Source of the DNA: Chrysomallon squamiferum
Lineage: Eukaryota > Animalia > Mollusca
Length of the DNA: 64,000 nt
Assembly: GCA_012295275.1 (NCBI GenBank)
Contig: CM022679.1
Coordinates: 2,170,001 to 2,234,000, forward strand
Direction of reading: 5' to 3'
The position numbers and the translations under genes were made by a program. The notes under the pieces were generated by a model that had not been told where the DNA came from, searched no databases, and saw only the letters and a program-made list of their open reading frames with translations. Numbering within the stretch: the first letter of the stretch is position 1; each line of letters begins with the position of its first letter. Positions 12,822 through 31,245 of the stretch are shown here, one piece after another.

Positions 12822-14362
12822 GTGTCCTGTTGTCAAATACTGTCAGCTGAAATAAAAGACACTATGTACTAACTTGTTATAATTTACAAAATTGTTTAGC
12901 TTGTTAATATTTTGTTAACTTTAATTTCTAATGACAAAGCATCTCATTCTCGGAAACTTGTATAATTTTAGTAATTACTCTGCAAAATGCCTTTTAGTTT
13001 TACTGTCATAATTTCTAACGCCTCTGTGTTAATATACAATTGTGCATGCTAAGTGTAATTATGTAATATAAATTATATTATATTTACATGTATCTCACAC
13101 ACACCCAATTAATGATGTATTATGATTATTTCCGTTTACAAAGTTACAGGTATACTAGATTTAATTTTAACTGATTGTTTTATCTTGTAATATGAAATTA
13201 AGTTTAAAAAACCCCCAAACAAACAAACAACAAAAACAACAACAAGAATAACAAATAAAATAAAAACACAACAAAAACAAATAAATATTTCTTAAGCGAT
13301 ATTATTAACTTATTTGATATCGTTTAAGTTCTTTAACTTCTAAAACGAAAATGCAGCCCATGCGATAACAACGTCTAAGTGGATACAACACGCCCTAATT
13401 AAATGGAACTGTGGAAAACATGTAACCAGTCATTGAAATTTTTTGGTCATTATCAAATATTGTTACATGTCTTACACTGTACATAAAACAAGAAAAGAAG
13501 TACAATACTATACCTCTTTCAAAAAAAGAAGTTCACTCGTGTTGAGCTTGTTTTTTCCGCTAATAAACTGTGTACTTATTCATTGATGCGCTTAATTCAA
13601 TATAAGTTATGTACCATCGCTTTTGGTTCTTATTGCTATTCTGTTGCGTGTTATTTGTTGTTGTTGTTGTACTTGTTGTTCTTCACATTATTAAATGTTA
13701 ATTCATGAAAAGATTTTAGATCATTCTTCAGTTTAGGAGGACCGCCAATTAATTATTTTGTTGTGGAGTTTGTTATATATATTTTTTAAATTTAAAGGTA
13801 TGGTGTTTGAATGGTTTCAGTATTGTTTTTAATCTTTCTTTTGGTTCTCTTTCGTTGTTTTTCTAGAAGGTTTACAATGGTCTTTTTTTGTTTGTTTGTT
13901 TGTTTATTTGTTTTTTGTTATGTTCTGTACCTCTGACATAAGTAAATACCACCCCACCAAAAGAAACATTTTCACGTAGGCTTATGCATTGGTATCAGCC
14001 ACACTAAGTTGAGGGGGGGGGTATCATCACTCATACAGATAACTCTCTGATGCTGCATTCCGTCAACAGACTTTTCAAATAATTATGAGGAATCATTAGT
14101 AGTTCAGTATTTTTCATAGTATATCACTGTATGGCACATTTAAGAAAAGAAGAAAAAAAAGAGCCGTAAATAATAATAATAAAGAAAATATTAAGAAGGG
14201 TAAAATTATAATCAACCTTGTGTGCAATGCACGTGTTCTTTCAATCAAATTATGTGTCATACACCCTTTAAATTTAGATACCTTGTCAAAAATGATGATA
14301 ACAATAATTATTATTTCTCTTGTTCATTTAATTCATCATATAAATTTTTGTGTATGCACGCG

Positions 14363-14430
14363 CAGGGGTGGATCTATTACAAAACTAATGCAGCTTGAGC
14401 TTCAGAGCCTCTAAACATAAGGGGGTCCCA
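14363..14430. mobile_element. Terminus of a hAT (Tip100-like) element, remnant
   Basis: CAGGGGTGGATCTATTACAAAACTAATGCAGCTTGAGCTTCAGAGCCTC resembles hAT-Tip100 termini as recalled; the partner TIR was not found. Confidence 0.35.
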
Positions 14431-15381
14431 GAACCAACTTTAGTCCACATTGCTTCAAAATTTTAATCCAAACCTTAGATGACATTGCTAAATTAAAAAA
14501 TAAATAAAAATAAGCCCATGGAAAAAGATAATAGTGGTTAGCCAGACCTTGGTGCTACTAGCTAAGGGCTCCCATAACAGTTCAAAGGTATGTTGTAATT
14601 TCCTGTTCCTGTCTTGTAAAGAATGCTATATCTGTAAGAGTAACCCATGGAGGTAAAAGTTTAGTCTGTCATTACAGAATTGCTTTATAATATACAGAAA
14701 TATATTTTAAATACAAAATTTCTTCTTTGGTTTCATCTTTAGCCTACTGAATGTTTTGAAACAATGAAAATATCAGCAGTAAAGGTTACATAAAGAGAAA
14801 TAAAAACATTTTATTTGACACATCACATACATTTGAATGGTGTAGAATGTAAATTGAATAAACAGAACACATCATGTTTTGAACAATCAACATTTATCTT
14901 TAACAGTGTAAATGCTGAATATACATAACCCTGAACTTCAAATCAAGTAGCATTTGTCTTATTGAATTATTCTTAATATCAACAGCCTCATTTTAATATC
15001 ACTTCTATCTCTATACTGCTTGCCAAGAAATGCCTAGATGTAGACTGATAAACAGTGAAAAGTCTTACTATGAAATAACTGAAATTGACTAACTTCTTCA
15101 ACAAGTTTTTGAATAGCATATTTAATGTTATAAATTCATAATAATAAAAAAAATAAATAAAAGATTTAGTTTCTAATTATTAGATATGGTATCCTTTTCT
15201 GTAAAAATCTCAAAGCTGAAACATTATCCCAGTATAAAATTCTTCAGTGCCTTGTTGAATGCTGGGAATGTAAATTGATCTAAATGATTTGATATACAGG
15301 GTCACATGTTCATAGTTCCTGTTTGCACATTTGTATCTTTTGTTCACTCTCCCGAATACTTTGATATAACTTATCTCAAAC

Positions 15382-15622
15382 ATTCAAACCAGCACACTTT
15401 CTTATACAAGATGATCGATTATACATTAACATATTTATTATTAGTTTGAATATTTTACTATTTACTAAAATATGTAGATTATTTAATGAGTTCATTTATA
15501 ACAATTCAAACCAGCACACTTTCATATGACAAGATGATTATACATTAACATATGTACTAACTAGCATTCAAATATATTACTATTTACTAAAAGATGTAGA
15601 TTATTTAATCAGCTGATTTGTA
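15382..15622. repeat. ~120-bp direct tandem duplication covering the DNAAF5 stop codon and proximal 3' UTR
   Basis: ATTCAAACCAGCACACTTTC...TTACTATTTACTAAAA.ATGTAGATTATTTAAT occurs at ~15382-15500 and ~15503-15622. Confidence 0.85.
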
Positions 15623-18600
15623 TGAAGTAGAAGTTGGTCGCAGTATCGCTGAGTTCTGTGTTTGTGTTTGACGGCCTCAACTTCAGTTTTCAACATGGAT
15701 GGCTTTAACTCAGCAGCACATTTCAGAACTTCTGAAAAACAAAATAATATTCATTGTTAGTAATTAAATAAATAAATAAATTACAATTAAAACATTGAGA
15801 TGTTTAAAACAAATAGCTATTCTTAGATTTGTATTAAAACTTTTAAAGTATACATGGAGTCAAATAAACGTTTAAAGAAAAATGTGCTATTAGATGTGCT
15901 CAGAGAAGAAAGATTTATACTGTGGTAAAAATGTAAATTAAGAATCTTTTGAATGTTTTCTTCTTCAATACAAGGCACTGTTTTTACAAATAAGTCCTAA
16001 TATTTAAAAAAAAAGAAAACTAAATTCAAGGTAACTTGTTCAATTTTAATTATTTTTAAAGAGTATGTAACAAAGAATTGATTATACAAGCAGATTAAAA
16101 AATATTAAAAAAATAAAATCAATATTACAAATAAGTCTCACACTTTGATATTTTTGTATAATGTAACAAAATTTCCTTTCTGTTCACAACTTTAAATATA
16201 TTTGCTTTCTCAGTTAGATCAAATGAAGATAAATTAATTTTGCTGTTTGAATTATTTAAAATTTTGTTTTTTTTATACAACCTCACCCCCCCAAAAAAAA
16301 AGAAAGAAAAAAAAAGAAAGAAAAAGAAATATATATATATATAACAAAATAAAATAAAATAAGAAAGAAAGAGAATGAAATATAAAAAAAAAAAAAAAAA
16401 AATGTTAAATATAAAAATAAAAACCAACCTAAAATGGCCTCCTGTATTTTTGGTTCTGGATCATCAAGGTGAACGAGGAGACCTCTGTAAATACCTTCAA
16501 GGTGAGCTCTGTACAGATCAGGGTCGTAATCTGACTGAAAACAGCTGAAGTAGGCCATGAACGTCTTGGCGACAGTGACTCTGATCTCGTCACTGCTGTC
16601 GTCGAGACGTTTGAGCAGCTCGGGGTAGATGTTGTGCAGACGGTCTCGAGACAGGGTGGGGCCCATCAGGTCAAAGATTCGAGTCATGACGCGACAGCTG
16701 ATGAGTCGAGTGCTTTTGTTGTAGTCGTCCTGCATCGTTGTGATTATCTGTGTCAACAGATCCTCAACTACAGGCGCTAGCTGCAGAAAGATAAAAAAAT
16801 AAAATAATACAGAGTTTGGTGGGAGGAAAGATGAATAAGTGGGAAAAGTGATGATAAATAGGAAATTGAAATAATGGGGTGGATAGGAAGTATAAATGAA
16901 GGAATGATGACCAGATGGATGAATGAACAGACATACACACATACATAGATGTATTGGTCAGTAATGACTGAAAGAATATTTGAAATGATCCACTGAATAA
17001 GATTTTCTTAATAACAATTATAAAAATACTGAACAAATATTTGATATTTTGTATAATAAAAAATAAGTCGGTACCAGTAAATTAAATATATATTTACAAT
17101 TCATTTGTTTACAAAACTAAAATGAATTCAATGAAATAACCATGTACTTGAAAAAACTAACACAAAAGCTGTGATTGTGATTTATAATAAGACGGATCAC
17201 CATCTGAAACATGTACAATTTGTATACTGAACCTTTTCCTGTGTGAGGACTCCACTCTGCAGCAGAGCCCAGCAACAAGACACTGCTGTTGTTCTGATGG
17301 CCCCCGCAGTTCGCCCTGCCCTCCACACACAGTTAGGAATAATGACATTCTGTATGAGCGTGACGGCAAAGTCACCAAACCTCTGTTTTGAGTCGAGTGT
17401 GCTGCCTGCATTCACCATCAGTCGAGAGAGTAAACTGAAAAATTTCAGTCTCATCTCAGGATCTTTGTCTGGGTCCAGATTGGTGACAAGCATGGGAATG
17501 ATGAAATCAAGAAGTTCACCTACTACAGGTCCTGTTTAAATAGAAAAATTCATAAAAAAAAAACCCTGTTAGTTAGAGTAACTTGTATTTGATGGTAAAA
17601 TGTCAATACATTACCATGATTATGTATTTTATATGTAAGGTGTGTGTATATATATGTGTGTCAGTGTTTTGGTAACAAAATTAATACTGAATACATTATT
17701 CATGTTATGGTACATGATGGCACAAAAGTCACTTAATATATAAAAAAATATCAGTGATATTTAATAAAGAATTGAGATGTTTACCACGTAGAATCACACA
17801 ACAGAGGAAAAAGCAAAGACTGTCCAACTTTATTTTGAAAACAACCAATGTTTTTTGTGTAAGCAACTCTGAATGCTGTTTTCAAAATAAAACTGAACAA
17901 TGCCTCCTTATTGCTTAGTCATCTACTTCTCCAAGGAAAATTTCCCAAACCTTCATTAAATACCACTAAAAGAAAGAAAGAATGTGGATTATATAAAAAA
18001 ACGTTATTTATTTTTTAAGTGACTTCAGTGCTGCTCTATATAATAAAGAGAAGACCACAAACCTGCTTCCACTAAGAGAACATCAAAGATTTGTCTCTCC
18101 ACCGAGTGCAGAGTCCATGTGACAAAACCCTCCTGAAATGACTGGACAAGAGTCTCTGCGTGTTTTCTGTAAACCTCGGTCACTGAGTCCAGTCCTTCTG
18201 TTTTACCCAGCTTCACTAGCAGCGTGTGCACCTGTCAGGTCAAGTCATTTTGATAATCATTTATTGAACAATTATTCAGTTTAGCTATTCTCTGGCTTAG
18301 CAGATAATGACATGCATACTTAAATCCACTCAGTCAGTCAGTCTGTCTGTGTCTCTCACATAAACTCAAACAATCCATCGATAAACCCCCCCAAAAAAAA
18401 CATTTTAAGATGTGGGTATGTTAAGAAACAAAATCATTTTAAGCTTGTATCAAAGGTCTACACTAAAACAATTTTAATATCTGACAAAGAAGAAGTTTAA
18501 ACAATACCTCATCTTTAACTGTTATTTCAAACTGTACACTAAAATATCTGATAAAACAGCAGTTTAAATACCTCATCTTTAATTGTTGTGTTTTGTGTCT

Positions 18601-21600
18601 GTGCTGACACAGTGAGTAGAATTGTAAATATGTCCTGACTAACAACAACACTGTCAGCCTCCAGTACATCAAGAACAGCATCAACACACACCAGTAACTG
18701 CTGATGTACATCAATCTGGAAATTAATTTAAAAATTGATTTATGAATTTATACATACAGGTTCAGATTCTTTTAATTCAGTTCCATTCTGCTGCAACATA
18801 ATGATGCACATAAAAAATAAAAAAGATATGCTAAAGAATAACTTTTTTAAATACCTTCAGAGATAAAAGGTTAATGTTAAATAAAAGAATGAATCTATGA
18901 TACCACAACATATTTTTACTACTAATTCTTATTAGGAGTCGCTTATGTGATGTTTATATCAGAGTTAAAAAAAAAACCCTGCTTAATCAGAAAGTAGATG
19001 TAAAACTTTGCTATTTTTGCCTCCACATAAACAAGAAAGGTTAAGAGTGAACATGAACGTAATATATAACTTGATTCACAACAATTAAATATTTAAGTGA
19101 ATTACCTGAACACTCTGACAAATTTCTGGAGATGCTATGACGTCACAGATTTGACTGACGTAGTCTTTCAAGGTGTGTCTTTCAGATCCTCGTATTACGC
19201 TGGCCAAAACCATCAGCGAGCCTGATGTTTGTGTCTGCCTCACATTTGTCAACAGCAGCTTACACCACACTTCTGCTTTCACAAAGTAACCTACAAGTTC
19301 AGCAGCACGACGGACCTAGAACAAAATGTTTTTATCAGTTCATTTGACACTAACTTTTAGTTATTTAGTTAATTATTAATTTATTACTATCCTAAAATTA
19401 TTACAATTTATTAACTATTATTATATCATTATTTATTATTTATTCATGATCACAGTCTTATTTTTTATTGTTATTATTGTTATTTATATATTAATTTATA
19501 ATCAGCCTAATATTACTATTTATTCATTATTATTGTTGTTACTGGTTTATTTATTATTATTTAATTTTCCTATTCATTTATTGTTTTTTATTTCTGGAAT
19601 GTTTTAATTAACTTCTTTAGTGATTGTAATTTTGTAGTCATTTCTACAGCAGTCACAATTTGATACAGTAACAGATTCAGTTACTTATAACTGAATTGCT
19701 GGTACTGTATCAACTTTTCATCAGCCCAGCACAAATTTCTGCACTTAAATAGCAATACAAACAGATTACTTACTGCTTAAATTTACTTAATTATTACAAT
19801 AATAAAATAATAAATACATGCCAAATTAACAACATTTCTAAAAATTTGACTCGTACATCATTAACCACTCGCTTATCTTCATCCATGCAGGCCTTGTACA
19901 TACTCGACGTCAGCTTCTCCATGTGTTGTGTGGTGTAGTCCTCAGCATTCAGAAGCAGCGTGTACAACAGCGAGGCAGACTTGACTCGTGTCTCCACCAC
20001 CCAGTCATTGATATCCTTCAGCAGTCCAGGCAAAATCTTTGACAAGTGTCGCATCACCAATGTACGACATCCAAGATTTGGTCGTTCAACTGACAAATTA
20101 TTTAAGTTTGTGTGAAGATACAAATTTAATTTGTATGATTAACCAGCATTATAATCAAACAGATCATATTATTGTTTTACTTTATTATCAGCACAGATTT
20201 CTACTGATAAACAAATAAAACAATAATTTCTAAATATACAGTCTGTATTTAGGCAGTATGTTTTTATCACCACATGTATATATCAAGCTATTAAGATATT
20301 ACCAGTCAGAACGATTTAAAATTCAATATAAATGTAATCTCTCTCTCTCTCTCTTTCTATGTATTTATATATATATATACACACACACACACACATATTT
20401 AAATGATATAAGATAAAAAGTAAAATGCAGACAAACCATTTGGAGGATAATGAGTTGGATCTGCAGCAGCAAAATCCATTTTGTCTTTCAAGTCACTTTC
20501 ATTTTCACCTTCATATTTTATTCCTGAAAAAAAAAAAAGACACTGTTAGTTTTTCTTCTCCAGTTTAGTCATTTACTGTAAAACTCTTGTAAGTATTAGA
20601 TGAAGTAAAATGTAAAAACAAAAAACTTAAATCTTTTGCAAACTAAATATTTGAAAATGGGGTTTATTTCAAAAGAAATAACAATATTAATACTACATAC
20701 ATATATACAAACACACACACACACAAAATATGCACTACATAATCCATAAAGAATAAAATATACTTTAATGATACATACATACATGATTTTTATCTTGCAC
20801 TATCTCATACACACACAAATACCTACATGCCCATGCACACACACACACATACATACAAACATATACATATATTTATATTTCACAAACATGCATAAAGACA
20901 CATAACACACACAAAGAGACATACTCATACATACAAACTAACACACCTATATCATGCCAGAGACTGTCAGCTAAGTCACATATTTCTGGCTGTTCGTCTG
21001 TTATGCTGGTGAGAAGAAGAGGAATCAGCTTGTGATGAAATGAGTATCTGTCAGGCAGGTCAAGCAACCAGTTTCCAACTACTTTAGTGACAGCTTTCCT
21101 CACCAGTGGTGTCTTGTCGAACAGTCGCTGAGCTAAATGTGACACAACATCATCTACAAACTTCCCATTGCCATACTGCAGCACGTCACCTGTGGCAAAA
21201 TAAAAGAATCAAATTTAATACAATTTTCATTCAAACAGTGCCAGCGTTATCAGTTTACATTAAAACATATGACATGCAGATATGTGTGTCTGTTTGTGTG
21301 TGTGTATGATTTCATAATTCATCTTGCCAAAATTACAACATTACAGATTTTAGATAACAAATAATATATATATATTTTTTTTGATAATAGTCCTTTCAGC
21401 ACTGTTAGATATAAATACGTTAATAATAAAATATCAATAATTATTGTGTGTATATGTGTATGTATGTGTGTGTGAATAAAAGAACTACTGGCCACTTTAT
21501 ATAACTTAGCTATTAACAGAGAAATATAAATAAATAAAATATACACGTACCAAGCGTCTCAATAACCAGTGATCGAACTTTAGAATGTTGATGAGTAATG

Positions 21601-22181
21601 GTCATTAATAAAGGTTTTATAAGTGATTCTGTATGTGGATGGAAATATTCAGGCACAGTTTTCACCATAAGAGAACAACAGTGGCAACTTTGCTTTTTCA
21701 CCTCTGGGTAAGGATCAATTAACGTTCTTTGAAGTATTTTAATTATATCTTCCAAATACAAAGCAAGTTTCTTTCCAGAAAATTCCATTATTTGATAAAG
21801 TAAATTCACACTTGATAATCGTACTTCTTCAGATGTCTCGATTATTTCTTGCTGCCCAAGCCGTTGTGACAGAACTGGTATTATATATGGCAGATGTTCG
21901 TCTGGTTTCTGAACCTCTTTTAAAAAATCGGATATCATGGAAACGGACAACTCTCTGCATTTTTCGACCGGATCGGATAAAACTTTTAGGAGCGGTTTCA
22001 AAATTTCAGAAAACACGATTTTTAAACCTTCTTGATCTAGTGGAGGATTCTTGGCAATTGTTTCATTTCGAAGATATTCTATAGCTTTTTTTCTTACATT
22101 TCGGTTATCATCAGTTAAACAATTCAAATGTCTTGCAATGCCTTGCAAAACCGCATTGGAATTTTGGTCAACAGTCGCCAT
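15601..22181 (-). CDS. DNAAF5: Dynein axonemal assembly factor 5 (HEAT repeat-containing protein 2), 832 aa, 10 exons
   Basis: Exons 22181-21551, 21189-20947, 20523-20437, 20089-19857, 19315-19106, 18715-18572, 18231-18063, 17531-17233, 16780-16429, 15731-15601 are all GT-AG and phase-consistent (2499 nt). Motifs [66 protein letters not shown] and LLVHLDDP match HEATR2/DNAAF5. Confidence 0.96.
17758..17962. mobile_element. Fold-back (palindromic) MITE-like element in a DNAAF5 intron
   Basis: Outer arms TATTTAATAAAG / CTTCATTAAATA. Inner arms CTGTCCAACTTTATTTTGAAAACAAC (~17820-17845) and GCTGTTTTCAAAATAAAACTGAACAA (~17875-17900) are near-complementary. Confidence 0.6.
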
Positions 22182-22184
22182 CTT

Positions 22185-22291
22185 GTTTATCACGACAACG
22201 AGAAAGAACAAAATTTCCTTCCTTCCCAACAAGAAAGGAATTTATTCATAATAGAGTTATTTCCCCATACTGCGATCACGTTCCAGGAAAC
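22185..22291 (-). promoter_or_regulatory. Two RFX X-box-like motifs immediately upstream of the DNAAF5 ATG
   Basis: GTTGTCGTGATAAAC (minus strand, 22185-22199) and GTTCCAGGAAAC (22280-22291) resemble GTTGCCATGGCAAC. RFX control of ciliary genes is established; the matches here are imperfect. Confidence 0.45.
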
Positions 22292-22727
22292 GTTTGGATG
22301 CGTGTGTTTCTGTAGTGATTTCTACCTTTCTGACTGTATTAATAATAATAATAATAATAATATGCTATTTATTCTTTTGATATGGATGATGTAGTGCAGA
22401 TTACGTGTGTGTGTGTGAACGTTTTTAAAAAAGAGAAAAAAATGGAATCTCCAGAAACGCCATTGTTGGTATATTAATAGTAAAATAATGATCGTGCAGT
22501 AAATAACTATACAATGGTCTGAGTTTGTCTCTACAAGTTAGTCAGAGAGTTAGCAAGAATATGGGAATACTAATAGGAAATTTAATATTTATGTTGGCGG
22601 AATGAAGTTTATTATTATATTTTATACTAAGACATTATTTATTTATTTCTTCTTCATGGTCTTATAATAATAATAATAATAAATAACATTTCTGTAAATG
22701 GTATTTATTAAACTGTGGACAGTTTCT

Positions 22728-23584
22728 CTAACAGAACCCCGAGCAATACGGTTCCTTCAGCTTCGCTATTTCTCGTCGTATCCAGTAGTAGTATTTAGCT
22801 ATGTCACTGTACACGCCCGGGAAGTTGGCTTCTGCGCAGCCGTAACCCCAGCTAGTGATACCTGCAGAAGAAATAACATGTAATGTAGAAAATACTATTA
22901 ATAAAAAATAAATAATAATAACAATAATTAAATAAATAAAAAATGAAATACGAATTTCGGTATCCCTTATCTGAAACGCTCCCAAATCCGATTTTTTTCC
23001 CGTTGGGCCGAAATAATGAGATCTTACAGTTCTCGGATTGTTATGCATGCACAAACTGTATTTTATGCACAAAATTATTAAAAATGTTACATCAAAAAAT
23101 CCTGCAGACTATTTGTTTAAGTTGTATTTGAAATATAAATCGAATTCGTATTAAAATGTTATACATAAATCTTACAGATCGGATACGGGATTTTCAACCC
23201 AGTAACAGATATATGTCATAACTAATATAAATAAATCTGATATTAAAAAAAACAAAAACAAACAGCAACAACAACAACAACAAAAAACAAAAAGAAACAA
23301 ACAAAAAACAAACAACAAACGAAACAACGTCAGCAACAAAACAAAGCAAAATGAACACACACACAATTAAAAGCTAACTAACTAACTAAATACCTCAGCC
23401 ATTTCCAGTATGTTTATCTACATACCTTGAACATACCAAGTATTGCTGATGTTGCATACAAATGGACTACCACTATCACCCTGCCAAAAAAGAAACAAAA
23501 CAAAACAAAAAAACCGATTAATATTAATCTTTAATAATTATATTACATCTAGCCGTCTAACTATCCACATATATGTGACATACC

Positions 23585-23655
<71 letters not shown>

Positions 23656-23959
23656 ACATATTATTGTCTTACTTGACATGAATCTTTGCCGCCATTTAAA
23701 GCTCCCGCGCAGAAAGTTGTTTCTGGATGAAATTCATTGCCATATCTCTTGGGGTTAGAACAGTAAGTGTTGTTCATTATGTTAATGTACACTTGATTTA
23801 GTACGTTATCTCGTGCTGTCCCTGCAAATAAACAAACACAAATTTATATATATATATAATTTTTGTTTGTTTATATATACATATTGAGTATATGCGTGTA
23901 GGTATTTAATAATGATATATGTATATGCACGCATTTGTGTGAGAGGAACTATATGTGTA

Positions 23960-24007
<48 letters not shown>

Positions 24008-26213
24008 TCTTGAAATAAGGAACATTCATTACTCGTCTGTCGGAATGCAGTAAATATTTAGAATTCGAATATTCGTGCATTCTGAAACTCAAGCTGTCTT
24101 TCCCGACCCCCGTACCCCATCTCGTTAAAGTTTGACTGTAAATAACCAACTATATATCAAAATGAGAACGAGGAGGAATTATAAGAGACGAAAGAAGAGA
24201 CAGAAGAAATACTACAAAAGGAGGAGATTAGGAAATTACAGAAGAACGGTAAAATGAGAATTATTCTTGGAGAAGGGATATAGAAATTGTAAGAGGAGTT
24301 ATCGTTCGTGATTAATTAGGAAATGAGAGAAAAAAATTAGAACCTTGAGTATCCCCCCATCCTGCTATGAGACATGTTTTTCCAGCCGCCACGTTTCTGG
24401 TGTATTTTGGGAGACAGACGGGGGAAATGTAGCTGGAGAACCGGACTGGATAGGGGAGGACAACCAAGGCCACGTCGTTGATGAGCGACTTGCTGTCGTA
24501 CGTCTCGTGTATAATTATTCTACGTATAGAGAAATCTCTTTGCTGGACATCGTAGCGGTCAAGGTGGTGTTTGCCGAGCAAAACTCTCCACGGACGAAGA
24601 TCCCGGCTACTGAAACAGCACATAAAATAAACTTTTTCTAAGATATATTTATATATATAGACAGACAGGTAAATAGATAGATAGGTAGAGATATGTGTGC
24701 GTCTGAGTGATGTATGTACACGAATGGGTGCTTTTCTAGAGGTCAAAATACATGTATTATATAATATATGTAACTATATTCTACGTGTATTATATATGCA
24801 ACAATATTATATGTGTATTATACTTTTAACTATATTATACATATGTAATACATGTAACTATATTATGCGTGTACTATAGGTTTAACTATGTTATATATTA
24901 TACATATTATATTATATATGTAATTATATCACACCTGTTATATATTATACGTATATTACACATGCAGCTATATAATACGTGTATTGTACATGCAGCTGTA
25001 TTATGCGTGTAACTATACATAAATTCAAATATTTTAATGTCTTACTTATCAAAGCAGTGGGCTGCAGTGAGAATGACGTAAGGATTTAGAATGGCACCGC
25101 CACACTGCGGGTAGTTTAACTGGGAAAGCAGAGCCTAAACAAACAAACAAACAAATAAACAAATAAACTAACAAATAAATAAACAAATAAACTAACAAAT
25201 AAATAAATAAATAAACAAGTAAACAAATAAACGAATGAATGAATGAATGAATAAATGCTAAATAATTTGAAAACAAAATAACTGATTTTGCTGTTATTAG
25301 TTTTAATGCTTTTTCAGATTTATCTCGTAGCTACTCTGTTTGCGTGCCTGTGTGTGCATACTATTTATTTATTTATTATACTCACCATCCATGGCAGGGA
25401 ACCAATTCTAGCCTCACCACCGCCGACAATGCGTTGTGTTGCTATGGGAATATGTGGTTTTCCACAAGTGAAAGTGGCCTTTGTAGTTTCAGCTTACAAG
25501 AAACAAATACCTTTCAAATTAATTATATTCTAAACTTAAATATACATGTATCATCCAATTAATGTTAAAACAGAGATTTTGTAATGGTTTGAATAATGTT
25601 TTTATATCCATATGATTTAGATGTATAAATAAATAAATAAATTAATAAATATCTAGTTGCTGATTTTCTGAAGAATTCTTGCATACCTACCTACTTGCCT
25701 ACATATATACAACATCCGTACTGCATACACACGAAATATGTACATGTATTCATGGATACAAACAAATATACATACGTACATACATACATCAAAGAAACAT
25801 ACATATATACATACATACACATACATACGTAGAAACATACATACATACATACGTGTGTGTGCGTGTGTACTGGTAGGAAGATAAAGGATCGACAAGAGAA
25901 ACGTTTACAAAAATGTAGTAAATTCAGATACAAGCAAGCCTATGACGTAATTTAAACTTCTCTTTATCTGAAGGTCCTACTAACACACTTTTTTCAGTAC
26001 AATCTTGCTGGGAAAATTAAAACAGTCACATTTGGTATGTGCGATACTGCTGTCCTGATATGGATGTGTCACGTGATATTTACATTCTCGCTATAAAAAA
26101 AATAGCAGTAAACAAAAATACACAAAATAATTTTTTTAAACAAAAAGTAGGATGAAATACAAAAACAACTCACCCACCGCAGCAAACAGCAAGATGGTAA
26201 TGGCAGATTTCAT
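22728..26213 (-). CDS. Secreted trypsin-like (S1A) serine protease A, 279 aa, 7 exons
   Basis: Exons 26213-26174, 25492-25386, 25134-25046, 24609-24344, 23821-23673, 23480-23426, 22861-22728 (840 nt). Signal peptide MKSAITILLFAAV, pro-region TCGKP..ATQR|IVGG, catalytic triad TAAHC / NDVAL / GDSGSP, S1 Asp in GKDSCQ, SWGYGC, PGVY. AATAAA on minus at 22704-22709. Confidence 0.96.
22951..23202. mobile_element. Tc1/pogo (Tigger-like) MITE remnant in the last intron of protease A
   Basis: Left end ...TATCCCTTATCTGA and right end TCGGATACGGGATTTTCAACCCAG are degenerate inverted repeats flanked by TA. Confidence 0.45.
24745..25020. repeat. Degenerate ~17-20 bp minisatellite (TATATTATACGTGTAAC-like)
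   Basis: Repeated variants of AACTATATTATAC(A/G)TGT fill the intron between protease A exons 3 and 4. Confidence 0.65.

Positions 26214-31245
<5,032 letters not shown>

Noticed and set aside
22182-22232. 17-aa N-terminal extension of DNAAF5 in the ORF track (MLGRKEILFFLVVVINK)
   Set aside because: It starts at a non-ATG codon; the first ATG (22181, AAGATGG) has a strong Kozak context.
25960-26092. Possible extra exon of protease A (acceptor-like TTTTTTATAG and TTTTCCCAG)
   Set aside because: Both give immediate stops in the required phase, and exon 1 splices in frame directly to 25492.
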